In this document: piece by piece, positions 34,661 through 47,799 of the stretch
Numbering within the stretch: the stretch's first letter is position 1
Layout of the letters: every line of letters begins with the position of its first letter
Assembly (NCBI RefSeq): GCF_964194155.1
Contig: NC_135891.1
Span: forward strand, 76,508,001-76,572,000
Direction of reading: 5' to 3'
DNA: 64,000 nucleotides
From: Cetorhinus maximus
Taxonomy: Eukaryota
Notes under the pieces: model-generated
What the model saw: the letters and a program-made list of their open reading frames with translations, nothing else
Told to the model about the DNA's origin: nothing
Database searches by the model: none
Translations under genes and position numbers: made by a program

Positions 34661-35035
34661 GGGGCAGTGGTGGCATTGTTGTTTTGTCACTGGACTAGTA
34701 TTCCAGAGACCCAGGGTAATGCACTGGGAACCTGGGTTCGAATCCCACCATGGAGATGGTAAAATTTGAATTCAATTAAAAAATCTGGAATTAAAAAGTC
34801 CGATGATGACCATGAAACCATTGCCGATTGTTGTAAAAACCCATCTGGTTCACTAATGTCCTTTAGGGAAGGAAATCTGCTGTCCTTACCTGGTCTGGCC
34901 TACATGTGACTCCAGACCCATAGCAATGTGGTTGACACTTAAATGCCCTCTGAACAAGGACAATTAGGGATGGGCAATAAATGCTGACCTAGCCAGTGAT
35001 GCCCACACCCCATGAATGAATAAATAAAAAAAAAC
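34661..35035 (+). mobile_element. tRNA-derived SINE (type B), near full length
   Basis: B-box ggttcgaatcc at about 34735; 3' tail caattagggatgggcaataaatgctg..catgaatgaataaa shared with family A LINE. Confidence 0.85.
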
Positions 35036-35361
35036 ACTGACATCGTTGATGCAAAAATACTGGAAATTCAGATTCCAATGAATACTGTGATTGGCAAGGG
35101 ATAATCAGTCTATTTGTACAATATGATATTTTTCATCCATATCTGCTTTCTTGTAATGAGTGCCAATACATGTGGTGTGCCAATTGCAGAATCAAACCAC
35201 TTGGAAATGCACAGGAACAGTTTGAAAAGCTGTGTTAGCAAGTGAGCAGGATAACGTTAAATGCTTTACTGGTAACATTGACAGGAGCACCAGTCGCAGC
35301 AGAAGCTGCTCTTCTCTCCATCATTAACATTGCAAGGTTTACTTCCCTGCCTTGCTGGTAG

Positions 35362-35451
35362 TCATATGCAGTGATATTCCTTCATTTCCTGGTGCACCTC
35401 TTCCAGGGCTTGATCCAAGCTGATTGGAGGCGGCCTACGACTTCTGATAAA
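35362..35451 (-). CDS. C19orf44: C19orf44 homologue, last coding exon
   Basis: ttttgtccag|TTT; FIRSRRPPPISLDQALEEVHQEMKEYHCI*; resembles the human C-terminus as I recall it (YIRCHRPAPLTMEDALEEV). Confidence 0.88.
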   Translation of the reverse strand, partial: FIRSRRPPPISLDQALEEVHQEMKEYHCI

Positions 35452-35569
35452 CTGGACAAAAAATGAGTACAACAGGTTAAGTCGGCACAAATGCGACAAT
35501 TGGTAACTCTCTACCTTATCAAGCGTAAATAAACAAAAACATTGAGCTCATCTACACGCTATACTTTAA

Positions 35570-35990
35570 GTTGGTAGCATTCTCACCTCTGAGTCAGAAG
35601 GTTGTGGGTTCAAGTGCCTCGCCAGAGACTTAAGCATAAAATGTCAGCTCGCACTCCAGTGCAGTACTAAGTGAAGCACTGGCACAGGTGCTATCTTTCA
35701 GATCAGACATTTAACAGAAGCGCTTGTTTGCCCTCTCCGGTTGATGTGAACGATCCCATGTCGCTATTTCGAAGAATATCAGGGGAATTCTTCCTGGTAT
35801 CCTGATCAATATTGATCCCTAGTCATTATCTCATTAGTTGTTTGTGGGCCTTGCTGTGCTCAAATTGGCTTTCATATTTCCTACACTACAACAGTGACTA
35901 ACTACACCCCAGAAGTACTTCATTGGCTGTAAAATGCTTTGGGGTGTCCTGAGGTCATAAAAGGTGCAATATAAATTCAAGTCTTCCTTC
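35570..35990 (+). mobile_element. DeuSINE-type (SacSINE1-like) SINE
   Basis: ggtagcattctcacctctgagtcagaaggttgtgggttcaagt head; gatcccatgtcgctatttcgaagaa core; L2-like tail. Confidence 0.85.
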
Positions 35991-36255
35991 AGTCTTCCTG
36001 TCAATCTCTGCATGTCAGCCTTCTCATGAGGGATGCCTTGCAAACCAGAATCAGCTGCCTTGATGCCACAATTCGGAATATCTTCTTTACAACTCCTCCC
36101 ACCCCCTTCCCCCTTCTTATTTGACACCCACCTTTTTGAACTCTCTTCCATAATATCACCTCTTTTTGGCTCTCAGTGTCTACATTTTGATTACCATTCT
36201 AAAGCGCTTTGGGTAGCTTTTCTATGTTGAAAGTGCTTTATAAATGCATGTCATT

Positions 36256-36946
36256 GTCCTGGATTCTGCGGTCAGCAGTGAAGCGTGAGCCCCCGTCCAA
36301 CCTGAAAGAAAGTTGCCCACAAAAATGTAGCATCTCTGTAGTACTGTTTTCTCCTCTCCGGTTTAAATCTGGCATCAAGTCAAGGAAATGCCTTGGCATG
36401 GAGCAACAGTGATTTAGCAAGCAGGATAGCAGCCAATCGCATTGAAATATTTACATACAGCAAATCATCAAGTTAAAAATATCCTCCATTTTTAATTTAA
36501 ATTTTCAGATATGAAATAAATTATTATGACTGGATTAAGGAAGAAGCTAAAAAAGTAAACAAACTTTTAAAAAAATTATTCAGAATGGAATAATTTGATG
36601 TTCCACAAATATACAATTAACACAGCTTTTCAGGGCCAGCGAGGGTGTTTAGCAGTAAATATGAAGTTAGAACACCATTAAAAACTCAGTGACACCTCAT
36701 TCAACAAGGTGCAGCTTTCTCAAGGCTTTTTACAAGATTAACAGTATACGAATGAAAGTTCTCATCGATTCATTTGATTTCCCATTGATTGCATTAGGTC
36801 TGGAGAAGTGTAGAATTACGGACAGCATCTTATGATTTCCACTTTATTCTGTGCATAAGCAGACTCCAAAGTTGCTGTCAGTTTCAGTGCAGCAATGATG
36901 ACAACTACTGACAATTCTGCCTCTCTTCACCGCTGCACAATCTGGG
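36256..36946. mobile_element. Possible old MITE of about 690 bp
   Basis: Degenerate inverted ends gtcctggattctgcggtcagcagtgaag / cttcaccgctgcacaatctggg; AT-rich interior. Confidence 0.4.
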
Positions 36947-37116
36947 TTTATCAACTTGAAATGACTGCACAATGTGTGTGCCCTGCCTTCCCCTTCAAAG
37001 GATGCAGGCAACCAAGCAACGCTGACTGGGGTTGGTTTTGGGGAGAAGTGGGTTGCAGGGCAGGGCACGACAGACTGTAAGGTCCTATGCACACAAAGTG
37101 ATTGATGTTTAGTTAC

Positions 37117-37283
37117 CTCTTTCGTTTCTTCCAAGGTTGTGTAATGGTAGCTGTCCTGTTCTATTGAGGCCACGACAGATAAATAGAGATGCCGGCTCAC
37201 TTGCACAAACTGGCGAATCAGAGTGAGCTGCTGTTTCAGCATGTCATTCAGAGCAAAGCTGGCAGGATTGTAAGCTGTCAGTG
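37117..37283 (-). CDS. C19orf44: C19orf44 homologue, coding exon 7 (DUF4614 region)
   Basis: ccacag|CA CTG; [45 protein letters not shown]|gtaact; phase 1/0. Confidence 0.93.
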
Positions 37284-38846
37284 CTGTGGATTGACAAGCA
37301 GAGGAAGAAATGAGTAGCACACTGTACAGCAGGAGGAAGATTGACAATTATGACACTCACCTCAGGAAAGACATGTTTCATTTACTGCATAGTTAATTTT
37401 ATTGTATTTTTCCATACAATTATGTGTTTATTTAAGATACAAGATGACAGGACTGAAACATCCAATGTTCCTCTTCCCTACCCTACCCTTATATCCAGTG
37501 ACCGGCTGAAGTCAGGAGTGCTCTGGGTTTGATCAATGCAGAAATTTCATCGTGTTGTTTAATAAAACAGGTTGAAATTGTGAAACTCTGTTCCTAGCGC
37601 TAAGTCTCACTCGAGTGCAGATCGGAGGATCGGGCACCCCATTTGCAGTGTGATTCATTGACTAAAATCAAAGTACCAGTAATTAGTCACAGTGATCACT
37701 AATAGGTGCTCCTGGTGAGCCAAGAGCAGAACCACAGAATGATTCATATTTCAACTTTAGCAACTAAGTCTCTCCCCTTCATATTTTATTTACCACACTA
37801 CTGATCTTAACAGCTTGACAGGATTGCTGATTATGCCATTTCTGAAGTATTTAAGATGTATTAGAGAATTTCAGTCATTTGATTTAATAGCTACTCAAGT
37901 ACGAACTATCCAAACAGTTAGAACCAAAAGTCCAAACTAGGCACCCCCTCCCCATTGACGGTGTAGAGTCACATTTAATTGAAATCTTTGATCTGGTTTT
38001 GAAGAGAACAACAGCTTTTGTAGAGTCAACTAATATCACTAAAAAAAGTAAGTCATTCATCTCTGTGGTTTGTGGAACTGTTACTGAATTCACCTACATA
38101 ACAACCAGTGACTGCACTTTAAAGTAATTCATTGTATGTAAAGCACTTTGAGACATTCTGAGACAGGCACTATATAAATGCAATTTATTTTCTTTGACAG
38201 CCTTAGGTCTCCCAGGTAACTTCACTGTTGAAAAATCTAGGCAAATTGCCCAACAGCTTTAAAATGAGTATATTATTCCCAATTTCAAAAGGGAGTAAAT
38301 ACAGATTAAAGCCCAAAACTTCTATAAGTTGGTCTTCAATACTGGAATAAGGCCTAAAGGCCATAAACAGACAGTCAAGTCTCTGGACTTTGCCCCAGAG
38401 TAGTATTTTATCCCATTAGTTTGGTCTGCACTTAATCTTAATCCCTCTCCCAAATCCAGTATATTTGCTTTAAATCACAATGTTTTTAATAAATGCAGAT
38501 TTAAACTGAATTCAATGTTTTGTACAACATTAATTCTACTCGACTTCATAGTTAATCAGGTCCTTGTCCCTTAGTCCTATAGGAAACCTTATGGTGATTT
38601 ATTCGAAAGTTCAAACTGAGCTCTTACATAACAATTTATTACATGCCCAGTCCTCCATATGGGATTCCAGTATAGATATTGCTGTTTTCCTTCAGTTTAA
38701 GCTCAATGTCCCCAAGTTAAGTCCAGAACTTGGTGTATATTATGCAATTGTTTCAGCATCCCTCAGCATCGTATTCCTATTCCAATATGGATCTGCTAGA
38801 GACTCCACTTAGCATCACCTTGATAAATAAAATGCTGAATGTTTAC

Positions 38847-38942
38847 CTTCCATTGCTTCAGGACTGATAACGTGACTGGCAATGGGGGTGGGATCTATAT
38901 ATGCAGCTCCAAGAGATGCTCCGAGGACTGCCACACCTTCTT
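38847..38942 (-). CDS. C19orf44: C19orf44 homologue, coding exon 6
   Basis: ttccacag|AA GAA; EEGVAVLGASLGAAYIDPTPIASHVISPEAME G|gtaaac; phase 1/1; not in the ORF track in this frame. Confidence 0.9.
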
Positions 38943-39295
38943 CTGTGGAAAGAGTAGGGAATGTTTATTTTGTGACACACTGGATAACTTAGCCAACAGC
39001 TGCACTCAACACATAGGCTATATATTGTCATTGGGCTGTTCCATGCAGAAGGGAATTTAGTTGCCAATGAGCTGCTTAAATGCAACAATAAAGGAGTGAA
39101 TCAAACACTTACCAACAAAAAGCCAAGGATGAGAAAGGGCTACATCAAGCTCATCATTCTGGCTTTCTGACACAGCCAACAGCATTTTAATATCCTGTAA
39201 TATTGACTCCATTATTTTACTTTAGTAATTGCAGGTTAGCATCCTATTAGTAAAGAATTCATTTAAAAAAAAATTGTTTCAAATTTACCAATCAC

Positions 39296-39967
39296 TTTAC
39301 AGGGGTGGCTGTGAAATTTGGTGCCATACCATGGGTACCATTCCAGGCGCCTATCTGCCTGCCCCCACATCACCAGGTGTTGGAAGGCCAGCATGCCCCT
39401 GGACCAATTAATGGGCACTAAGAAGGCCCTCCTCCTGCATTGCGATTTAGCCACAGCAGCGGAAGACTGATGCCAATTGTCCAAACCTTGTAACTTGTCA
39501 GGTTTCATTAGGTGATTTGGTGGCCGCTCTGGGGAGGTTGGTGGGGGGGGCGTTGTAGTGATTCCTTTACAGTCCTCAGCGCGCTCATTGGAAGCCCCAC
39601 AAGCTCTTCCCACCATCCTGCATTTCCCCTTTCCCCCCTGGCTTCCCCAACCCTGGCCTGTCAGCCTGGCCCTGGTGAGAACCCGGGCTCACCTTTGTTC
39701 TGGGGTCCATCGCAGCTTCGCAGCTCAGTTCCCTGTGGAATTGCTGCAGTCCCAACAGTGGCCACCACTCCTGGTGGTGCTGCTGGGTGCAGAGAGCTGC
39801 CATCCATTTGAAGGTCCACCTTGAGCCAGTTAACAGCTACAGAGTAAGCTGGCAAAGTGGGGGTGGGTTCTCCCCTGACATTTATGCCAGGTTGGTTGGG
39901 GGGGGGGGGGGGAGTTCAGGGGCTGGGGTTCAGGGTCACTCCCACACCCCCCTGTAAAATTCAGCCC
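39296..39967. mobile_element. Harbinger-like MITE with truncated left TIR
   Basis: Right end cccctgtaaaattcagccc; left end tttacagggg only. Confidence 0.65.
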
Positions 39968-40859
39968 AGGGGGTAAATAGAGTGTATCCACAGACATAAT
40001 CAGAGAATTCAGAACAAACACATTTCATCAGGTAAAACATGCTATAGAGCAGACCAGAAACCAACCAACCATGACCACCACAAAAATAATTAGGGGAATA
40101 TGGTGTTGGCATGATTAAAGGTAGAGCTTGGTGTAGGAAACAGTTGAAAGAGGTGAAAAAATTAATTGCAACCAAAATAGGCAATGATATTTGGATTAGT
40201 GAATATAACAAAGCATGTGAAAGGTTTCTGTAAATATATTTAGGGGAAACAAATGACAAAGGGATCTCTAAGGCAGCTGGAGACACAGCCACCAATGGTG
40301 GGGCATAGTTGTGGGGGGTGGATGTGCAGAATGCTGGAGTCAGAGAAATGGAGAGTTGGGGAGAAAACAGTAAGACTGAAAAGGGTTACAGAGATCAAGA
40401 GAGTCAGGTCATAGTCATCTAAATGGGATGAGAATTTTTAATTGAAAGTGTTGGGGACAGAGCCAATGTAGGTCAGCATTGAGATAGGTAAGCAGCACTT
40501 GTTCTGGAATAGGATTTTTTTAAAACTTCATTCACAGGAGGTGGGTGTTACAGACAAAGCACATTTATTGCGCATCCCTAATTACCCATGAGAAGATAGT
40601 GTTCAGCTACATTCTTAAACCAATGCAATCTTTGTGAAGATGCTCCCCACAGTGCTGTTAGGTAGAGAGTTTCAGAATTTTGGAGCCAGCGATGATTCAC
40701 TCTCTGTAGAATATCCAGCCTTATCTACTCTTGTAGCCACATTACTTATGTGGCTGGTCCAATGAAGTTTCTGATCAGATATGGGCAGCAGGGTTTTAAA
40801 TGAGCTGAAGTTTTTGGGAGATGTAGAATAGGAAGTTGACTAGAAGGCAGCAAATCATT

Positions 40860-41895
40860 GATCTCGTTAGCAAATTGGCTGAACAGCAGGAGATAGAGTA
40901 AGGCTAATGGTCAGAAACTCTAAGTGACAGGGTGGGACTAGTTGGGTCCTGCAAAAATCTGTGTTGGGGCCTCAACTATTCACTGTATTAATTACTTAGA
41001 TGATGGAATAAAAGCCACATATCCAAAATTCTTGATGACACAAAGATTGGCGGCATTGTAAGCAAAGTGGATGGAAGCATAAAATTACAAAGAGATATTG
41101 ATAGATTCAATGAATGGACAAAACTGTGGGAAATGTATTTCAATTTAGTAAATGTGAGGTCATCCAGTTTGGAACTAAAACTGATAGAATGGGTTACTTT
41201 CTAAATGGTGAAAGGCTAGAAACGGTGGCGGTCCAAAGAGACTTGGGGGGAGGACGGCATGGGGGCCAGGGATGTACATCACTAAAATGTCATGAAGAGG
41301 TACAGAAAATAAATCGAAAAGACGAATGGAATGGTGGCCTTATATCTTGAGGGCTGGAATACAACAGGATAGATGTCTTACTTCAACTACACAAAGGCCT
41401 GGTTAGGCCACAACTGGAGTACTGTGAGCATTTTTGGATGCATGAGCACCTTAGGAAGGCTACACTGGCCTTGGAGGGAGCACAGTGTGGTTTACCAGAA
41501 TGATGCCTGGACTCCCAGGTTAAATTATGAAGAGAGATTTCACCAACTCAAATTGTATTCCCTGGAATTTAGAAGGTTACGGGTGATTTGATTAAAGTTT
41601 TCAAGATGTTAAGGGGGAACAAATAGGGTAAACAGAGAGAAAGTACTTCTGCTAGTTGAGGACCTTTCAGGAGCGTAATTTGCAAACACTCCTACACACA
41701 AATGCTGGTAGATGTTTGGAACTCTCTTCTGCAAACGCCGACTGAAGCTAGATCAATTGTTGATTTTAAACCTGCAATGGATAGATTTTTGTTAACCAAA
41801 GGTATGGCGCAAAGGAAGGAGGTAGGTAGCAGATCAGCCACGATCTCATTAATGGCAAACAAACCCAAGGGGCTGATAGCCTAGTCCTTTGTTTC
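40860..41895 (+). mobile_element. CR1 LINE (family B) inserted in a decayed minus-strand L2 (about 40290-42570)
   Basis: SKCEVIQFGTK; VRPQLEYC; LYSLEFRRLR; flanking L2 remnants LSAAFDSL (ORF 42261-42644). Confidence 0.8.
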
Positions 41896-42905
41896 TAGAA
41901 GAGCATCAGAATAGTACAGACTGGAAGTGACAAAGACATGGATGATGTTCCAACAGTAGATGGGCTGAGGCTAAGAAACAGACAGGCGATACGACAGAGA
42001 TGGCAGTCAGAGTCTTTGTGAATGAGAGGACACAGGCTGGAAGCTTATCCCATTGTCACCAATAATATGCCAAAATTGTGATCAGTCTGGTTCAACCTGA
42101 GACAATGTGGGCAGGGAGGGGGATAGATTCAGTGACGAGGGTATGGATTATTTAGCAGGGGCAGGAAGCATTCACTTAGGTCTTCCCAATATTTAGCTGG
42201 AGGAAATTGCAGCTCATCCAAGGCTGTTTGTCAGACTAGCAGTCTGATAACACAAGCAGTTCAGGGTCGAGAGAGATACCGGAGAGGTAGAGCTGTGTAT
42301 TCGTCCGCATACAGAATTATTCTGCAGATGATATTGCCAACAAGCAGCACATAGATGAATAACAGGGGGAAGCCAAGGGGAAACCATTGCAAGAGGTGTA
42401 GCTCTAGAAAAGAGTGGAATGAAATGTGGGCAGTCACACTGAGCAGATAACGGAGGAGTGGCATTGGAGGATGATGGTATGGCAGGCTGTCAAAAGCAGC
42501 AGACAGATTGAAAAGGGATAATGCACCACAGTGGATGTCATTTGTGAGTTTGGTTAGGGATATTTGAGATAATACAATACTCTGCACTACTCCAGGGGAT
42601 GTTTCTATACCCAAGGCTGTCAGGAGTTGCAAACAACTAGTCATCAGACCACAGGGAGGAGAACATTTTTAGGCAGCCCAACAGCATATTGGTAAATCAC
42701 CTGTTTCATAATCAAGTATTACAGTTGGTGTGGAGTGCCAACCGAATGGGATAGAGGCAGACTATGCCCCAGGGTAGATCCGCCTTCAACAGAAATCCCT
42801 GCCCTGCCCAATTTCTTCACTGGGAGAAACTGGGAGAAGGAGAGGGTGAAATGATTGGAGGAGGTGAACAAATTTGCAAATAAATATTAGAATTCACAAA
42901 TTAAC

Positions 42906-43509
42906 CTCTGGGCCAGGTGTAGGTAAATCCAGATGGCTGCGTCTGTATTGCTGTATCTTTTACAATCACTTTAGTCAGTCCTGATTCTCGTTTCCTTCTC
43001 AATGAACAGGGCGATTCAGTGCTTGTTGCCAAATTTGACTGGTCTGAAGTCAGAGTTGAGGATGTTGAATGGAAAGTGCTGTAGTCAGAGTAATCTGTCT
43101 TTAGCTCCTCCTTAGATAACCGCTCACCACATGATTCACTCTGGTCCGCACATGATTCACTCTGGTCCATTTTTGCCGATGATACTTCAGAGTCAGAATT
43201 TTCAAAGTCCTCCGAGTATTCGGAACACAGAGTGCTCTCATCATCTGCTTTTAATCGCTTGTGCAGCTTCTCTGGAAAGTTCTTTTCCTTCTTTGACACA
43301 TTAGAATCGCCAGTCAAATGTTCAGTGATTTCACTTCCGGTTACAGCACTTTCCGTCATGATATCACTTTCCAAGTCACTCTCATCTTTTTCTCTTGAAG
43401 GTGTGGAAGGTTGAGTATGTGGACTGACTAGCTCATTTGCCATACGTAGCTCTGAGGTGTGAAGAGCAGATTGCGTGTTCTGATTATCAGGGGGTCGACT
43501 CTTTTCATT
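42906..43509 (-). CDS. C19orf44: C19orf44 homologue, coding exon 5 (Ser/acidic-rich)
   Basis: ttttaaag|AAT GAA; SEITEHL; SEYSEDFENS; VKDTAIQT..FTYTW; donor G|gttaat, phase 1, fits the next exon. Confidence 0.9.
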
Positions 43510-44208
43510 CTTTAAAAAAAACAACAGACTGAATCATTGAAAAACATTGCACGACACCAAATCACAAGTAAATAACTAGCGATATAAAAAGATGCATTAC
43601 TTTACCTTACCAATCCCTTGCTTAGCTTAATAACATATACTATAACATCCTAAAAACTTGGTGGGTAAGTGCAGTGTCCAGTGAGCCATGCAGACCAGGA
43701 AGTTCTTGGCTTTGATTACCAATCTGTGTTGTCAGCTGATCTCAGTCAGGGAACATCAAAACTGGCCTCAGTGACCCTAGGCTAGGGAGGAGGAGGCTTG
43801 GAGAAGTTAAAAATCAGCCAGGCCTCCTACTCCTGATTCACATCATGAGCACAGAACAATTGCTGTGTATTAGCAGCTTGTCACATAAATAAAATACTCA
43901 GTCCCCTGAATATCGTGCAGTGCAGTTACATCAACGTCTGGCTGGTTAAGATTTTCAAATGCTCACCAGGTATTTCTCTCGAGCTCAGTGCCAAGGTTGC
44001 AGAGGTCAGCTTCATTGAAATACATGATGGGCCAGCTCCAAAAGTACCTTTGATTGGCAGCCTGGCCATTCAAGAATGGGAAATTGCATACTGCTGCAAA
44101 ATTTAAAATTCTGTAACAATTTATTAAGGAGCTGGCACTACACCAGATAGGTGGCAAACAGGATGGAATACTTAAACTGAACCACCTCAACCTGGACAAA
44201 CAGGTTAC

Positions 44209-44291
44209 CTTCAGAGTTGGTGCTTCTTTTGTAGTTTTCTGTTCTACAGCTGGAACCAAATCTTCCAGAGTCAAGATATTTAGCCGGAAGT
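44209..44291 (-). CDS. C19orf44: C19orf44 homologue, coding exon 4
   Basis: attcag|AC TTC; DFRLNILTLEDLVPAVEQKTTKEAPTLK|gtaac; phase 1/0. Confidence 0.88.
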
Positions 44292-45482
44292 CTGAATTAG
44301 ACATGGAATACATGTTAGAATGTGACACAGTATTTCAATTATAACAGTACAATCTGGTTATAAAGATCACTGCCTTATTTAACAGCAGCTGAAATACTAT
44401 CTTTAATTTAATTGCGCACTGTTTGACTGCAGCACGAGAGCACACATTTTGTGCAGAACTAATCCCATTAGAATGGGGAGTGCTGTCCACAGTTCATTGT
44501 CCCTTCACAGTTCTATACAAATGTATGTTCCCAGGCCACAGCTAAGCAGAACTTCCTATGTGTGATATATTATCTATTGGAGTTCTACATAAAATGTCAA
44601 AATATCTGCCAGACATGGCCCAGGAGAAAAGTATAAAACATAGTAAGAGCTTTCCTGCCAGCTTAGTAGGTAAATGCACCATGCAGTGTCGTATTAAATA
44701 ATAGAAACCAAGAGCTCCCAGATTAATCATAGAGAATGCTAGGTTTGTTGATCTCAGAATAGCAGTTCGAGTATGACGAGAGTATTGGTAACCTCCGACT
44801 ACACAAAGAGAAAAGATAGAGTTAGGAACATAGGAGCAGGAGTAGGCCATTCGGCCCCTTGAGCCTGCTGCACCATTTAACCAGATCATGGCTGATCCTC
44901 TACCTCAATACCATCTTCCTGCGCTATCCCCATATCCCTTGATGTCACTGATATCTAGAAATCTATCGACCTCTGCTTTGAACATACTTAGGGTTCTGAT
45001 AGAGTTCCCACTCCTGTTTGTTATCTGGTGACTCCTGCTGGGAACTACATGTGTGTAGATGGCAAAGGACGGGACTAGATTCAACTGTGATGCACCCACA
45101 TATCAAGTAGCTTGTCAATGTTCACTGTCTATTAAGAAAAAACTAAATTTAGGAAGATTTTTCCCTCATTTTATACAGAAGAGACAAGCTTATCAAAAGC
45201 TGGTTTGATTTATTTTCTTTAAAGAAAGTATTGTTACCAAGAGAGACAATGCCTACTTGCCCCATATCCAAGAATGATAATCAACTTGACAGATAATCTG
45301 GCACTTTGGGACTCCAGGAAACTAAGCTACCAGCAAAGAAAGGGTTCAAGAAACAACAGGGTACGTTTCTGGACAAAGAGAAGATTTGTTCTCTTAGGCT
45401 CCTTGAACACACACAAACTTTATGCTCATCACCAATTGAAATCAAACAAGATGCCTAACATTAGGCATAAAGAGATACTCAC

Positions 45483-45693
45483 CATTGGAGGACTCATTGT
45501 CAAGACTTTTCACATCCTCAGCAACAGAGGGTTCAGTAAAGAGCTCATCCAGAGACTTAATCTCACTTCGTTCAGATGGGGAAGACGGGAGTCGTTTCAC
45601 AAACTTCATTCTTGGAGACTGGCTCAGAGGGGAGCCCACACTAGGTGGGGAGGGCATTCTCAATTGGCCCCTCGGATGGTTTCTCAAGGTAGA
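45483..45693 (-). CDS. C19orf44: C19orf44 homologue, coding exon 3
   Basis: ctttag|TCT ACC; ..PSSPSERSEIKSLDELF..SSN G|gtgagt; phase 0/1. Confidence 0.88.
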
Positions 45694-46084
45694 CTAAAGT
45701 AAAGAAAATGCAAGTCAACGAATATCATGAGTTAAAGTATGTCAGGAAGTATGGCCAAATATTTCTAAATCCACACAAACAAGAGTTATACCTAGACCAA
45801 GGATTACATAGAATGGGATAGGTTTCAGTTTCTTATTGAAGCCTGATCCTCCAATTATCAGTGATGTTTTCACCTTCCCAGTTACAATGGCTCTCAATAC
45901 CCAATAAATAAGAAGTCATCTTTTACATATTGCACATTACCCAAGAAAGGAGGTAAGTAACAGTTCCCTCAAGGTCGAAGAGATTTCTCCAGCTGTGAGT
46001 GTCTACTTGCAATGCAGCTACTGAACAAGAGAATTCTCACGCAAACCAATTCCAAGGACACAGCTGACACTTTTTATTCTTGAC

Positions 46085-46880
46085 GCATCTAGATGATTTG
46101 GAGTTGGGCATGGTGAGTACGATCTTAAAATTTGCTGACAACATGATAGTAACAAGCTTCGCAAACAGTGAGGAAGCCTGTGAAAGGTTTCAGGCAGACG
46201 GATAGATTAGTGGAATGGGTAGGCAGGTGGCAGGTGTAATTTAATATGGGTAAGTGTGAACTGGTGTATAACTCAAAAGATGCTGAACCATGTGGGTGAA
46301 CAGAGAAAACCAAGGGTTCAAAAACATAATTTCCTGAAAGGGCATGTACAGACAGATCAAAGTTATAAAAAAGATCGAGTGCTTTGAGTTTTATAAACAG
46401 GGATATACAGTACAAGGGTAAAGAAGTTATGATAAGTTTGTACATAATATTAACTAGATCACTATTGTAGAAAGGATTCTAAAGCCATGGAAAGCGTTGC
46501 ATGCGGATTAATCACAACAATGTCAGTGGTGAGGAGAAGACTAAGAGTAGATTTTTACATTATGCAAGGTTTTGATCAGGTAATTGGAAAGACTATCTAG
46601 TTGGGGAGTAAATGATGAGTGTCATCTATCTGAAATAGAGAGTGAGACAGGCAGTTGAGAAATTCCATGACACAGAGATACGGGAGGGTGTAGCCACAGT
46701 GAGTGGTTGAGGTGGAATCCACCACAATGTTTAAGGGAAAATTGGATAAACATTTGAAACAAGGGAAGATACAAGAATATATGGAGAGTGTAGGGCCATG
46801 GGATTCAAATCGGATTGCTCTGTCAAAGAGCTGCATCAAACAAAACAGACTGAGTGTGCTTTAAAATTGTACTGTTCTAT
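46085..46880 (+). mobile_element. CR1 LINE, heavily decayed
   Basis: ILKFADN..; W.GRWQV.FNMGKCE remnants; CR1-like 3' end. Confidence 0.65.
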
Positions 46881-47799
46881 AGGTAATTGATCATGTCCAA
46901 CTACAGCGTTGTTAATTATTTGTGCTGGGAAGGATCCAATTTGTGTTTTAAAGTGAGAAGTTTGGAGGAAGCATTAATGATGACCTGCCTATTTTATGAT
47001 ATAGCTACTATGTTCCAACAGTTTGCCACAAGTGGCTTCAAGGCATGACATGAGAACAGCATACCCAAAATCTGAACCCAGCTATATGACCTATAATCAT
47101 GGTATTTTGCTACTCTGGTGCAATGTGGAATTTCACAAAATACATATGACCAAAGAATCTGTAGGAATATCTACCAAGGATGGCATGTAGTGCAACATTA
47201 GAACCTGGAGCTAGGGAAAGAAGAAATATGGGCTACCTTCCTCCAGACCCAATCCGCATACACGCTATGTTCTGCAGCCCCAGGGGGTCCCTATGCCAAT
47301 GTCTTAATGGACCCTATTGTACCCCTCAGTTCTCACAAGTACAAAATATGAGCACCAATGGAACTACTAATCTGTGTGTGTGCATAGTTGCACAGCAGCC
47401 TGGAAGATAGCATGCAAGTCTTGCTCCAGGTTAAAAGCCATGTGTGCACAACACGCAATAAAATTTAAAGGACCTGCACATTGAAAATCTGGCCTTGCAT
47501 AACAACAAAATCTTACAAGGAACATTGCTGAGCTCCCCATGGTAACTCTTCATTCCCCCTTCCCCTTGTGTGATTACTATCTCTGACAAGGAGCCTCCCT
47601 GGGCAAACCCTCCAGTAAGCCTGCTCAAGTATGTGTTTATAAAACCTGTGTCATCTGCAAAGCAGCATTTATTTTGTATTCAAAAACTCAAGAAAAGGAT
47701 CTGAATTCTTGCCCAACTAATCAAAATAAAATTATTTGAAATAAAGGAAAAACGTTGATACATTTTCTCTTCAAATTGCTTTTCACCGCATTCCCATCT

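Noticed and set aside
34661-34750. tRNA-like A/B boxes (also at about 26745, 35575 and 52340)
   Set aside because: These are SINE heads that continue into SINE bodies; no complete cloverleaf
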